A DNA stretch of 64,000 nucleotides from an uncultured Candidatus Micrarchaeota archaeon (GCA_963741095.1 CAVUGN010000002.1:160001-224000); one strand, 5' to 3'; counted from the stretch's first letter, positions 8,902 to 19,007 are shown. Translations and numbers: made by a program. The notes: generated from the letters alone by a model not told the origin.

Positions 8902-10125
8902 TCATTTAGAGTGCCTCTTGCAGAAGGCATCAATCCTATCTATCGCGCAGTCTAATATCTCTTTTGGAGGCAGCGCGACTATCCTGAAATGGCCTGGCTC
9001 TTCGAAGCCGGAACCCCTAGTTACCTGCACATCCTCCTCCTTGAGCAGCAGGTCCACGAACTCCCTGTCGTTCTTCAGCTTCAATTTCTCCATATGTATC
9101 TTCGGGAAGACGTAGAACGCGCCGTTGGGCTCCACGACATCGAAGTAGGGGCTCTCTTTCAGGAGTTCCGTCGCGTGGTTGGCGCGCTTCTCTATCTCCT
9201 TAGTCATCAGCCTGATCGACCTGTTGTGCTCCTTGACGTTGTTTATGGCAGCAGTGACTGCATACTGCGCTGGCGTGTTGACAGACAGCCTAACCGTAGC
9301 ATAGTTATAAAGCATCCTCTTCAGGCTCTTTGATCTGCGGTCATCTTCTGGCACCACCACAAAGCCTATCCTAAAGCCCGTAGAATCATAATCTTTCGAA
9401 GCGCCGTTCAGTATCGCGTGCGGCACGCCCTTCGCCACCTGGCTCATGCTCGTGAACTTCGCGCCGTTGTAGACGATCTCGTCGTATATTTCATCGCTTA
9501 TTAGCATCACGCCGTACTCGTTTGCGACGTCGACCACTTCCTCCAAAACCTTCCTGTCCAAGACCGTTCCGGTTGGGTTGTTCGGATTCGTTATCATCAT
9601 GTACTTTATCCTTTTTGCCAGACCTCTTGATTTTGCCTCGCTGAGCGTACTTCGAAGTACATCAAGGTGCACGCTCCATCCATCCTTTTCATCGTATTGT
9701 GCCATCAGCGCCTTCCCTCCATAGAGTTCGAGCTGCGGCATGTACATTGGATATGCCGGCCTGAGAAGAACGGCTCGGTCGCCGTCGTTTATCAGAGCAC
9801 TGTTAATGAACGACAGAGCCTCGGATATGCCTGCCGTAACTATTATATCGTCGTCCTTGAACCGAAGATTGTACATTCTCTTGTATCTCTTGATTATCGC
9901 ATCCTTCAGCATCTCGTCTCCATCTGCTTTGGAGTAACCGGTTTTGCCGAGCCTCAGTGCTTCGGCATAAGCATCAATTATGTACTTCGGAGTCGGGAAA
10001 AATTTCGGTGGGTCCCCCCTGTTAAGCTTTATGATCGTCTTGCCTCTCTTCTCAAGCTCAAGCGCGACCTTATCCTCCTCTTCTATCGGATTGAAAGCGT
10101 ACCTGCTTCTGTTTGATAAGAACAT
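8902..10125 (-). CDS. PLP-dependent aminotransferase class I/II
   Basis: NPNNPTG, ISDEIY, SKDYDSTGFRIG, GAFY. Confidence 0.93.
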   Translation of the reverse strand: MFLSNRSRYAFNPIEEEDKVALELEKRGKTIIKLNRGDPPKFFPTPKYIIDAYAEALRLGKTGYSKADGDEMLKDAIIKRYKRMYNLRFKDDDIIVTAGISEALSFINSALINDGDRAVLLRPAYPMYMPQLELYGGKALMAQYDEKDGWSVHLDVLRSTLSEAKSRGLAKRIKYMMITNPNNPTGTVLDRKVLEEVVDVANEYGVMLISDEIYDEIVYNGAKFTSMSQVAKGVPHAILNGASKDYDSTGFRIGFVVVPEDDRRSKSLKRMLYNYATVRLSVNTPAQYAVTAAINNVKEHNRSIRLMTKEIEKRANHATELLKESPYFDVVEPNGAFYVFPKIHMEKLKLKNDREFVDLLLKEEDVQVTRGSGFEEPGHFRIVALPPKEILDCAIDRIDAFCKRHSK

Positions 10126-10165
10126 GCGAATACCAATAATTACAACAATGAAATCCTATTATAAC

Positions 10166-10831
10166 CTATTTCTCCTCCAGTTTCGCCTCTTCTATCACGT
10201 ACTTTCCGACCGTGCCGGACCATTCCGTGTGCGCCTTTACGATATCTATCCTCTTCTTGAAAAGCGGGGCATCAAGGACGAACGATTCTGCCTCTCCGCC
10301 TTCGAAAGACATGTTTATCCTGTACTTCTCCTGGAGTTTTTTCAGCTTCGCTATCATCTTCTCGTCTATCACCGCGCCAAGATAGCTCTTGTCGAAGCCC
10401 TCTGCCGATACCTGGGTGACTATCGCCTTGAAGGTTTTCGATATCTCCAGCAACTCCTTCTCCGGCTCTATCATCCAGAGCGGCGACACGCAATCTATTG
10501 AAAGGTTCTTGCAAAGCTTCTCTATCCTGTCCTTCTGGTAGGCGCTTGCAACAGCGCCCGTCACCAGCTCATCGACGCGGTTCTCCTTCAAAGCGGCTTC
10601 TATATCCTCAAGTTCCTTCTCCTTCTCCCCCTTTGTCTTGTACATCACCTGCCTTATCCCGAGCGCCTCCGCCTGGAGCTTGGTGAATTCTATCGCCGCT
10701 TTGTGGAACATGTAGCTGAACGCATTGTCCGAAACAAAGGTGATGAGCAGTTCAACATCCTTGCCGACGTCGTGCATCCTGTGGATTGCAAGAGTCGAAT
10801 CCTTGCCTCCGCTGAAAAGACATGCTCTCAT
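10166..10831 (-). CDS. dph6: diphthine--ammonia ligase
   Basis: LFSGGKDS PP-loop, SYMFH, YQKDRIE, SPLW, EGGEAES.VLDAPLF. Confidence 0.9.
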   Translation of the reverse strand: MRACLFSGGKDSTLAIHRMHDVGKDVELLITFVSDNAFSYMFHKAAIEFTKLQAEALGIRQVMYKTKGEKEKELEDIEAALKENRVDELVTGAVASAYQKDRIEKLCKNLSIDCVSPLWMIEPEKELLEISKTFKAIVTQVSAEGFDKSYLGAVIDEKMIAKLKKLQEKYRINMSFEGGEAESFVLDAPLFKKRIDIVKAHTEWSGTVGKYVIEEAKLEEK

Positions 10832-11472
10832 GGTTTCACGGTGCTTGAAGGGCATATGTCGTTGAGCACGCACCTTTCGCAGTGTTTTGCGCGTGCAGTG
10901 CAAACCTCTCGCCCAAGAGCTATAAACAGGTGATTTATGTTGCCCCATTCGTCTTTCTGGAACAGTTTCATCAGTCGTGCCTCTATCTTTTCAGGATCCC
11001 TAGTCCTGACGAATCCCAGCCTGTTTGACACCGTGATGCAGTGTGTGTCTATCGCTATGCCGATGTTTATGCCGAAGGCGTTCGACAAGACGATGTTGGC
11101 AGTTTTTCTACCCACTCCTGGCAATGTTATAAGATCCTCCATCCTGTTCGGTACCTTCAGCCCAAAATCCCTCTTTATCATCCTTGCAGCATTGAGTATG
11201 CTCTTGGTTTTCTGTCTGTAGAGGCCTATGCTCCTCACATAAGGGTACAGGTCTCTCTGCGTCAGCGCACAATAATCGCCCACCCTGCCGTATTTTTTAA
11301 ACAGACCTTTTGTCACCTTGTTGACCTGCCTGTCCTGCGCCTGAGCCGACAGAATCGTCGCGACCAGCAGCTGCCAAGGATTAGAGTGCCTGAGCTCGGT
11401 GTGCATGTACCTCTTGTAGCGCACCTTGAGCCTCTTCAACGCCTCCTTCGCCCTTTTCTGTGCTGCGTCCAT
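10828..11472 (-). CDS. nth: endonuclease III (HhH-GPD, 4Fe-4S)
   Basis: LLVATILSAQ, LPGVGRKTAN, IDTH, C-x6-C-x2-C-x5-C. Confidence 0.93.
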   Translation of the reverse strand: MDAAQKRAKEALKRLKVRYKRYMHTELRHSNPWQLLVATILSAQAQDRQVNKVTKGLFKKYGRVGDYCALTQRDLYPYVRSIGLYRQKTKSILNAARMIKRDFGLKVPNRMEDLITLPGVGRKTANIVLSNAFGINIGIAIDTHCITVSNRLGFVRTRDPEKIEARLMKLFQKDEWGNINHLFIALGREVCTARAKHCERCVLNDICPSSTVKP

Positions 11473-11518
11473 CGCAAAAAATAAGCATTGATAAATATTT
11501 ATACTGTGAATTCCAACC
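11473..11518. promoter_or_regulatory. probable bidirectional promoter between divergent nth genes
   Basis: 46-bp AT-rich gap containing the palindrome ATAAATATTTAT. Confidence 0.5.
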
Positions 11519-12175
11519 ATGGCGGAATACAAACTGCTCCCGCAAAAAGAAGCTTCAGAGCTTGTAAAAATCCTCAACGGCGCTTACAAGGATTCTCATT
11601 ACTACTTGAATTTCAAGACGCCGATAGACCTTCTCGTCGCCGCAGTGATCTCCGCGCAGACGCACGACGAGGTGGTCAACAAAACAACCCCCGCGCTGTT
11701 CTCAAAATACCACACCGCAAAGGATTATGCCAATGCTGACGAGGAAGAGCTGACAAACGCGATAAAAAGCGTTAGCTTCGCGGGCAACAAGGCGAAGAAC
11801 ATAATCGCGGCGTGCAAAATCCTCGTAGAGAAATACAATGGTAAGGTACCAGACAAGATGGAAGAGCTGATCGAGCTGCCCGGTGTGGGCCGGAAGACCG
11901 CGAACACCGTACTCATAAACGCCTACGACATAGTCGAAGGCATTCCGGTCGACACGTGGGTGATAAAGCTCTCCTACCGGCTGGGGCTGAGCCAGAACAG
12001 GAACCCTGAAAAGATAGAAAGCGACTTAAAGGAAAGAATACCAAAAGCCTACTGGAGCAAGATTGCATACGTCTTCAAGAACCACGGCAGGACGATATGC
12101 CAAACGATTCCGTACTGCAGCAAGTGCCCTATCAACAGCATATGCCCCAAGAATGATGTTTCAAAGATGAATTGA
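11519..12175 (+). CDS. nth: endonuclease III paralog
   Basis: LLVAAVISAQ, LPGVGRKTAN, VDTW variant, C-x5-C-x2-C-x5-C. Confidence 0.9.
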   Translation: MAEYKLLPQKEASELVKILNGAYKDSHYYLNFKTPIDLLVAAVISAQTHDEVVNKTTPALFSKYHTAKDYANADEEELTNAIKSVSFAGNKAKNIIAACKILVEKYNGKVPDKMEELIELPGVGRKTANTVLINAYDIVEGIPVDTWVIKLSYRLGLSQNRNPEKIESDLKERIPKAYWSKIAYVFKNHGRTICQTIPYCSKCPINSICPKNDVSKMN

Positions 12176-12400
12176 ATGGTCAGATTAACGAGATTCGGCA
12201 TGCTACTGGTCAAGGTCTTGATCATAATAGCAATAGCGGCAGTGATAGCTATCGTAAAGCTCTCGGGGCACTGGTTCCTGACGATATTCATATCAGGCGC
12301 GACAGTTGGCGGTGCGCTTATGTACGCTTACATGGCAACCATGGAGCTAAAGCGTTCCACCCGTCTTCCCCTGCGCAACAAGAAACGTTGGCCATACTGA
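12176..12400 (+). CDS. small 2-TM hypothetical membrane protein
   Basis: fills the gap between nth and endoQ; two hydrophobic segments. Confidence 0.65.
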   Translation: MVRLTRFGMLLVKVLIIIAIAAVIAIVKLSGHWFLTIFISGATVGGALMYAYMATMELKRSTRLPLRNKKRWPY

Positions 12401-12407
12401 GTGATCA

Positions 12408-13670
12408 ATGATGAAAGTTATCGCGGATTTCCATACTCATTCTAGGTTCGCGATGGCGTGCAGCCAGAACATAACACTCAACGGCATGGAGGGCGCAGCA
12501 ATAGAAAAAGGGATAAATCTGATAGGCACTGGAGATTTCATCCATGGCTCATGGCTGCAGGAGATAGGTGCAAATCTCGAAGAGGACGGTGGCAACGGTC
12601 TTTTCAGGCTCAAGGGCTCGAAGACTGGCGTCAAGTTCATCCTGAGCGGCGAGATATGCACAATATTCAACGCCAAGGACAGGACACTCAAGAAGGTGCA
12701 TCACTGCGTTGCCATGCCGAGCATAGATTCGGTCAAGGCGCTGAGGGACGCGCTCTCGAAAAAGGGCATACTGGATTCGGATGGGCGGCCCATACTCTCC
12801 ATGAGCGCGGCGGAGCTTGTGGAGATCGTCTTCAGCATAGACAAGAACGCGCTGGTCTTTCCAGCGCACGCATGGACACCGTATTTCGGCGTCCTCGGCT
12901 CGATATCCGGCTTCAATTCGATCAGGGATGCCTACGAGGACCAGGAGAAGCACATCTTCGCCTTAGAGACTGGACTCAGCAGCGATCCGCCCATGAACTG
13001 GTGCGTCTCAGAGCTCGACAAGTACACGCTCCTGTCGAACAGCGACATGCACTCGCTTCCGAAGATGGGCAGAGAGGCAAACGTCTTCGAACTAGAAGAA
13101 GGTTTCGATTACAAGACGGTCATCGGCGCAATCCACGACCGCAACGGCAAAAAGTTCAAAGGAACCATAGAGTTCTATCCCGAAGAGGGGAAGTACCACT
13201 ATGACGGCCACAAGAACTGCAGCTTCTCCACCCCGCCGAACAGCGGCATAAGCGCCTGCCCGGTGTGCGGCAAGAAGCTCGTTGTCGGAGTGCTGCATCG
13301 CGTCATGGATCTCGCAGACCGGGAACTGGGCTTCAGGCCGCCAAACGCGCCCTCATTCACCTACATAGTGCCGCTCAGGGAGATACTCGCCTACGCCCTC
13401 AGGAAGAACGTCTATTCTCCGATAATCGACGAAGAATACTCGAAGTTGATAGCGCATTTCGGCACGGAGTTTAACACGCTAATCGACGCCAGCATAGACG
13501 AGATTGCGCAGCAGTCGAGCGAGGATGTGGCGCAGGCGGTGAAGAACGTGCGCGAGAACAAGATACACATAGAGCCCGGCTACGCCGGAGTCTTCGGCGA
13601 GCTGGACCTTCTCGGCAGAGACAAGAAGAACGAGAAAAAATCCGGCGGGCAGAGCATGCTAAAGCTGTAG
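12408..13670 (+). CDS. endoQ: endonuclease Q family (PHP domain plus zinc finger)
   Basis: ADFHTHSRF, GTGD, PAHAWTP, ETGLSSD, SNSDMHS, GRE, GKYHYDGH, CPVCG, PGYAGVFG. Confidence 0.9.
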   Translation: MMKVIADFHTHSRFAMACSQNITLNGMEGAAIEKGINLIGTGDFIHGSWLQEIGANLEEDGGNGLFRLKGSKTGVKFILSGEICTIFNAKDRTLKKVHHCVAMPSIDSVKALRDALSKKGILDSDGRPILSMSAAELVEIVFSIDKNALVFPAHAWTPYFGVLGSISGFNSIRDAYEDQEKHIFALETGLSSDPPMNWCVSELDKYTLLSNSDMHSLPKMGREANVFELEEGFDYKTVIGAIHDRNGKKFKGTIEFYPEEGKYHYDGHKNCSFSTPPNSGISACPVCGKKLVVGVLHRVMDLADRELGFRPPNAPSFTYIVPLREILAYALRKNVYSPIIDEEYSKLIAHFGTEFNTLIDASIDEIAQQSSEDVAQAVKNVRENKIHIEPGYAGVFGELDLLGRDKKNEKKSGGQSMLKL

Positions 13671-13677
13671 CGCCAAG

Positions 13678-13989
13678 TCACGCCAATCTGGACGCCCTTC
13701 CGATGAACTTGTACCTCCTCATCCTGAACATGAGCCTGTCGAACTTCTTGGCTATGGCCTTGTAGTTCTTCAGCGTTATTATCGAAGTGAATGCCAGCGT
13801 GGCAAGGGCCACCTCTACGAATATGAGATAATCGCCCATCATCAGTACGAAGTTGTAGTAGCCTGGGCCACCCTCAACGATGAAGAGCGTCGCGACAGCC
13901 ACCATGACGTCGAAGGCCATCGAAGAATACGCCAACCTCTCAAGAAACTTCTCAATCCGTTTGACTCGAACTAGTTCACTGTAGTACAT
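13678..13989 (-). CDS. hypothetical 2-TM membrane protein
   Basis: ORF with two hydrophobic segments; start placed at MYYSEL downstream of an AGGTGA RBS-like element. Confidence 0.6.
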   Translation of the reverse strand: MYYSELVRVKRIEKFLERLAYSSMAFDVMVAVATLFIVEGGPGYYNFVLMMGDYLIFVEVALATLAFTSIITLKNYKAIAKKFDRLMFRMRRYKFIGRASRLA

Positions 13990-14175
13990 CCTATTCACCT
14001 GACTGGTCGCAGAGCAACTGATGATGTGGCAATCTTTAAAAGCGTGTTCTGCACCCAGAATTAACGGAAGTTTCGCAAAGGCTCTTTCCGCGCCCAAAAG
14101 GGCAAATTAGACAAACGTCTAACCCCAAGACCATGTTTAAGTATCTGGTGCGTCGCGTATTCCTATGGTGGTGGG

Positions 14176-14769
14176 ATGGTAAAGACAGCCGAAGTAGAAA
14201 CAACGATAAACCTTGCAGGATTGCCAAGGGAGATCAACGAGGCACTGGCTAATTTCATAGCGCAGATAGAGGACAGGGAGACTCCGCTGAACAAGCCGCC
14301 TCAGCACAGGATAAATCCGATAGCCTACGGGCTGGACCTGGTCAGCGATTTCATCAACAAGACGGGGGAGGAGCGCAGCATAGACCTTCAGGAGCAGTGG
14401 GAGAGCGATTCGGCGCAGGTCAGCAGCGACATAATCCTTGCCGTGTACCTTGGCGGGAAGGAGAGGGGGAACGCGATAAACGAGCTCGACAAGAGGATAC
14501 TCCTGGCGCTCGAGCGCTACAAAACCAGGATGGACCGCAGAATCGATGGCGTGGACATGACGGCAACGCTCCGGGATCTCTGCCTGATAGGGAGGGCGAT
14601 AGCGGTGAAGGACCTGCACGTCACGTCGATGAACCCCAAGGAGTACGACACGCGGTTCGTGAGAGCGCTTGCGGAGCATTACGGTATAAAAGGCGCGAGG
14701 AAGCTGCTGGAGCCGCCGAAGGTTGCCACGTATCTACCGGTAATCTACGGCCTGGCGCCCAGCCAATAG
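14176..14769 (+). CDS. hypothetical protein
   Basis: 197-aa ORF with host-like codon usage, TTTAAG box and GGTGG upstream. Confidence 0.7.
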   Translation: MVKTAEVETTINLAGLPREINEALANFIAQIEDRETPLNKPPQHRINPIAYGLDLVSDFINKTGEERSIDLQEQWESDSAQVSSDIILAVYLGGKERGNAINELDKRILLALERYKTRMDRRIDGVDMTATLRDLCLIGRAIAVKDLHVTSMNPKEYDTRFVRALAEHYGIKGARKLLEPPKVATYLPVIYGLAPSQ

Positions 14770-14855
14770 CAACGCATTTATACTTAATCCCCTCTAAGAT
14801 AACTACACTAGGCATTAGAGGTAACTGCTACTGCTAACTGTTCATTCGTGTTTTC

Positions 14856-15278
14856 ATGGATGCAAAAACTCAAGCTGACAAATTGGTCGCAGTCGTAAGG
14901 ATAAGGGGCCGGGTCAACGTGAGGTCCGACATAACCGAGACCCTGGAGAGGCTGAATCTGAAGTATGTAAACAACTGCGTACTTCTTACACTGACAAATT
15001 CATACAAGGGAATGCTCAACAAGTGCATAAACCACGTCGCGTACGGCGAGATAGACGAGCCTACGTTGGAGAAGCTTCTGGCGAAGAAAGCCGAGGGCCT
15101 GACCGCCAAGGAACTGTTGGCTGGCAAGTACGATCCGGCAAAGCTCAAGGAGCAGATGCCGCTCTGCCTGCACCCTCCGCGCCACGGCTACAAGAGCACC
15201 AAGTTGAGCTTCAAGCAGGGAGGCAGCCTGGGGTACCAGGGCGCAGACATAAACAAGCTGATATCAAGAATGGTGTGA
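14856..15278 (+). CDS. rpl30: 50S ribosomal protein uL30
   Basis: AVVRIRG, TL..LNL...N.C, YGEI, LHPPRHG, LGY.G..INKLI.RM. Confidence 0.95.
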   Translation: MDAKTQADKLVAVVRIRGRVNVRSDITETLERLNLKYVNNCVLLTLTNSYKGMLNKCINHVAYGEIDEPTLEKLLAKKAEGLTAKELLAGKYDPAKLKEQMPLCLHPPRHGYKSTKLSFKQGGSLGYQGADINKLISRMV

Positions 15279-15280
15279 TC

Positions 15281-15679
15281 ATGGTTGTAAGGCACGACAA
15301 GAAGAACAGGAAGTACTTCGGCACCCGAAGATGGGGAGTCGGCAACATAAAGAACGCAAGAGGCAAGGGCTGCCGCGGAGGTGTCGGCAACGGGGGCAAG
15401 AAGCACAAGTGGACGCGCGTGACCGCGAAGTTCCCCGAGCTGATGAAGCACAAGGGCTTCACGCCGTGGGACCAGACCAAGCTCAAGGAGATAACGCTTA
15501 ACGAGATAGACAAGATGGCAAGGGCTTCAAAGGATGAGAAGTTCGCGGTGGAGCTGGACGACTACAAGGTTCTCAGCAACGGCACCATAAGCAAGCCGGT
15601 CGTTGTCAAGGCGAGCGGTTTCTCGAAGCAGGCCGCGGAGAAGATAAAGACCGCGGGCGGAGAAGCCATCGTCATATGA
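15281..15679 (+). CDS. rpl15: 50S ribosomal protein uL15
   Basis: RKY.GTR..G.G..K..RG.G.RGG.G, KVL..G, FS..A.EKI..AGG; start at ATG 15281. Confidence 0.95.
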   Translation: MVVRHDKKNRKYFGTRRWGVGNIKNARGKGCRGGVGNGGKKHKWTRVTAKFPELMKHKGFTPWDQTKLKEITLNEIDKMARASKDEKFAVELDDYKVLSNGTISKPVVVKASGFSKQAAEKIKTAGGEAIVI

Positions 15680-15691
15680 AGGTAATAAATC

Positions 15692-16858
15692 ATGTCTGAG
15701 TCCCTTTGCATAACTTTTTATACTGATTCTTATCTCCCGGCTGTCGACGGGGTCGTGACCTCGCTGCTCAATTTCAGGCAGGAGCTGCTGCGGAGGGGCC
15801 ATGAGGTTTACGTCTTCGCGAGCGGCGATGCCGACACGCAGAGGATAGCAAAAACCCAGAAGAACGTCTTTGCGATAAAGGGCATGAAGTTCAAGGAGTA
15901 CCCCCAGTACAACATAGCTCTCTTTCCCTTCCTTTCATCGCTCAAGCTGATGAACGTCAAGGTTGACCTGATACACGCGCACACGCCGTTCAGCATGGGC
16001 TTCTACGGTATGCTCCAATCCAAGATAAACAAGACGCCGATGGCCGGATCGTTCCCGACCCTGTTCACCGACAAAGTCATACTCAACGAGTACATAACGG
16101 ACGATCGCATCAGGAAGTTCGCCGAGAGGTATTCGTGGCCGTACATAAAGTTCTTCTACAACAAGTGCGACGGCGTCCTCGCGCCGAGCACCGCTATAAA
16201 ATCGATGCTGGAGCGCAAGAAGATACAGAACGTCTACACGGTGCCGAACAGCGTGGACCTGAAGAGGTTCAGCCCGAAGGTCGACGGGGAGAAGGTGAGA
16301 AAGAGCCTGCTGGGTGACCGAAAAGGGAAGATCGTGATGTACGTGGGCAGGCTGAGCAAGGAGAAGCACGTCGAGACGCTCATAAAGGCAGCAAGGATGA
16401 TGAAGGATGAGAAAGTCACGTTCATAATAGGGGGCACGGGCCCGGCAGCGGCGCATTACCATGAGATGGTCAAGAGCATGCACCTGGGCGATCGTGTCAA
16501 GTTCACCGGATTCATCGACGACAAGATGCTGCCGCAGTACTATGCGGCATGCGACGCGTTCTGCATACCGTCGACCTTCGAGACCCAGGGAATAGTGTCC
16601 TTGGAGGCGATGGCGTCCGGAAAGCCGGTCATCGGAGCGGACTATCTGGCGCTGCACGAGCTCATAAAAAACGGCTACAATGGTGAAAAATTCGCCCCGA
16701 ACAGCGTTTCCAATTGTGCAAGAAAGATAGAAAAGGTTTTATATAATACGGATTCATATAAAGGAACGGTCGAAACGGCAAAAAGGTATTCGATTGAAAA
16801 AACGACCGATGAGCTGCTGCGTTCATACAAGGCGATCATCGAGGGTGCAGTTTTCTAA
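15692..16858 (+). CDS. glycosyltransferase family 4 (glycolipid synthase-like)
   Basis: TDSYLPAVDGV, IHAHTPF, VGRLSKEK, ETQGIVSLEAMASGKPV. Confidence 0.9.
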   Translation: MSESLCITFYTDSYLPAVDGVVTSLLNFRQELLRRGHEVYVFASGDADTQRIAKTQKNVFAIKGMKFKEYPQYNIALFPFLSSLKLMNVKVDLIHAHTPFSMGFYGMLQSKINKTPMAGSFPTLFTDKVILNEYITDDRIRKFAERYSWPYIKFFYNKCDGVLAPSTAIKSMLERKKIQNVYTVPNSVDLKRFSPKVDGEKVRKSLLGDRKGKIVMYVGRLSKEKHVETLIKAARMMKDEKVTFIIGGTGPAAAHYHEMVKSMHLGDRVKFTGFIDDKMLPQYYAACDAFCIPSTFETQGIVSLEAMASGKPVIGADYLALHELIKNGYNGEKFAPNSVSNCARKIEKVLYNTDSYKGTVETAKRYSIEKTTDELLRSYKAIIEGAVF

Positions 16859-16934
16859 AAATGCCACCGTCAAAACAATGCTATTCTAAGGGGATTTACT
16901 GGATAATGCAACGGAAAAGGTAAAGATTGTCGAA

Positions 16935-17678
16935 GTGCAGGCTCAGACGGCAGAACCGGCTCCGGCACCGGTCGCGGCGCCGGCGGTCAAGGCTACTGCT
17001 ACAACAACCACGGAGAGCGCGAGCGCCACGGGGAAGATATCGCTGGGAAAGCTCGTGGAGGAGTCAAAGAACCCCGAAGCGGAGCGGATAAAGAAGGAGA
17101 TCGATTCGATAAGGGACCAGAGGTCAAAGCTCATCGGAAGGCTTAACGAATTCAGGAGGCGGCTGGCCTACAAGGAGAAGGAGGCCATAGCCGTCGACAA
17201 GATGCTCAAGATAGAGAGCGGCAAGGAGAGGCCAAAGGGCGGCAGGATCGGATACCTGAAAAGGATGAAGAGCCAGCTGGAGTTCAAGATCTCCACAGAG
17301 GCATCATCGCTGTCGGACGAGCGCGCTCTGGTAAGGAAGATAGACGAGATAGGCAAGCAGCTCGACGATGCCCTTGCGCTCGTAAGGCTGGAGAGGAAGC
17401 GCGAGCTCGTGAAGGGCGACATAGAGACCTTCAGGAAGGGCATAATGGATCTGGACAAGGAGATAGTGGGCATGGACGTCAAACTCGATGCGGTCTACAG
17501 CGAACTTAGGAAGGTGCTAGGCATAGGCGGCTACAAGCACGGCCCGGCTCCAGGAGCCGATGGCAAGATGCAGCACAAGAAGAGGGCGCCTGCAGCGCAG
17601 ATCAAGGAGATAAACCTGGAGGACATAGCCGTGATAAAGAGGAAGGGCGCAAAGCACGTTGCAGCAGAAGGTGCATGA
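16935..17678 (+). CDS. archaeal coiled-coil protein
   Basis: LEFKISTEA.SL..ER.LV.KI motif, heptad-rich; the true start may lie about 36 nt upstream. Confidence 0.7.
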   Translation: MQAQTAEPAPAPVAAPAVKATATTTTESASATGKISLGKLVEESKNPEAERIKKEIDSIRDQRSKLIGRLNEFRRRLAYKEKEAIAVDKMLKIESGKERPKGGRIGYLKRMKSQLEFKISTEASSLSDERALVRKIDEIGKQLDDALALVRLERKRELVKGDIETFRKGIMDLDKEIVGMDVKLDAVYSELRKVLGIGGYKHGPAPGADGKMQHKKRAPAAQIKEINLEDIAVIKRKGAKHVAAEGA

Positions 17679-18990
17679 TTTGAAGGTTTCATTTTTTGGC
17701 GCTGCCGAAGAGGTCGGCAGGAGCTGCATATTCCTACAGAGCGACAATGCCAACATACTGCTTGACGCCGGGATAAAGCTGGGCAAGCAGATCGAGTATC
17801 CCAACATACCTCCGAGCCTTATCAAGGATCTGGACGCCGTGATACTGTCGCACACCCACCTCGACCACAGCGGCTATCTGCCCCATCTTTTCGCCATGGG
17901 CTACACCGGGAAGGTCTACGCGACAAAGCCAACCATAGAATTGACGAACGTCATGCTGAGCGACTACATAAGCATCTCCGAGCCAAAGGACGTCACCAAC
18001 AAGACCATGGACCTGCTTCACAAGAGCTACGAGATAGCCGAGTTCAGGGAGCCATTCAAGCTCAGGGACCTGGATGTAGAGTTCTTCCAGTCGGGCCACA
18101 TACTCGGGAGCTCCATGGTGCGCATAAGCGACGGAAGGAAGTCGCTGTTCTACACCGGCGACCTGCAGCTCGCCAAGACAAGGCTTCTTGGCGGCGCGGA
18201 CCTCAGGAACGTAAGTGCCGACACGCTGCTGATGGAGTGCACCTATGGCTCGAAGAAGGACGTCTTCCCGCCGGAGAGCGTCACAGTGAAGAAGATGCTG
18301 AGCAGCATAAGCGAGACGATAAAGACCGGCGGCAAGGTGATGATACCCTCGTTCGCGGTGGGCAACGCTGAGCAGGTGCTGCTGATGCTCGACGATTACA
18401 TGAATTCAGGAGTGATCCCGAAGGTGCCAATATACGTCGACGGCATGATAAACAAGGCGATGCGCATACACCGTCACAACGTCATCTACGCCAGGAAGGA
18501 ATTGCAGATGAGGATACTAATGAGCGATTACGATCCGTTCAGGAGCCCCAATTTCATGCCCATCGAGAACAAGGGAGCGAGGGGCGACGTCGTCAAGAAA
18601 GAAGAAGGTTGCATAATAGTCACGACGAGCGGAATGATAGTCGGAGGCCCCATACTTTTCTACTTATCAAAGCTCGCGGGAAACCCGCGGAACAAGCTGC
18701 TCCAGATCGGCTACCAGGCCGCGGGCACGACCGGCAGGGAGCTGCAGAACGGCGCAAAGGAGATAACCATAGACCGGCGCAAGGTGAAGGTCAACCTCGC
18801 CATAGAGAACTACCACCTCTCGGCGCACGGAGACAGGCCGCAGCTTGACCTGCTGCTGAAGCGCATCCACGGCCTGAAAAGGGTGTTCCTTATACACGGC
18901 GAGGCCGAAAAGCTCGCCGAGTTCAAGGGCGACATCTCCAACAGGTTCGATGTGGTCATACCAAGGCAGGGAGAACGGTACGAAGTCTAA
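17659..18990 (+). CDS. metallo-beta-lactamase beta-CASP ribonuclease (aCPSF-like, no KH domains)
   Basis: EVGRSC, SHTHLDHSG, GHILGS, YTGD, ECTYG, SAHGD, IHGE. Confidence 0.9.
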   Translation: MQQKVHDLKVSFFGAAEEVGRSCIFLQSDNANILLDAGIKLGKQIEYPNIPPSLIKDLDAVILSHTHLDHSGYLPHLFAMGYTGKVYATKPTIELTNVMLSDYISISEPKDVTNKTMDLLHKSYEIAEFREPFKLRDLDVEFFQSGHILGSSMVRISDGRKSLFYTGDLQLAKTRLLGGADLRNVSADTLLMECTYGSKKDVFPPESVTVKKMLSSISETIKTGGKVMIPSFAVGNAEQVLLMLDDYMNSGVIPKVPIYVDGMINKAMRIHRHNVIYARKELQMRILMSDYDPFRSPNFMPIENKGARGDVVKKEEGCIIVTTSGMIVGGPILFYLSKLAGNPRNKLLQIGYQAAGTTGRELQNGAKEITIDRRKVKVNLAIENYHLSAHGDRPQLDLLLKRIHGLKRVFLIHGEAEKLAEFKGDISNRFDVVIPRQGERYEV

Positions 18991-19007
18991 AGCCGCAGAG
19001 TAATCTG

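Noticed and set aside
14010-14100. Possible C/D box sRNA (TGATGA)
   Set aside because: No CTGA D box at a suitable distance.
15023-15280. N-terminal extension of rpl15 in the ORF track
   Set aside because: Overlaps rpl30 in another frame; the real start is ATG 15281 after the GGTG RBS.
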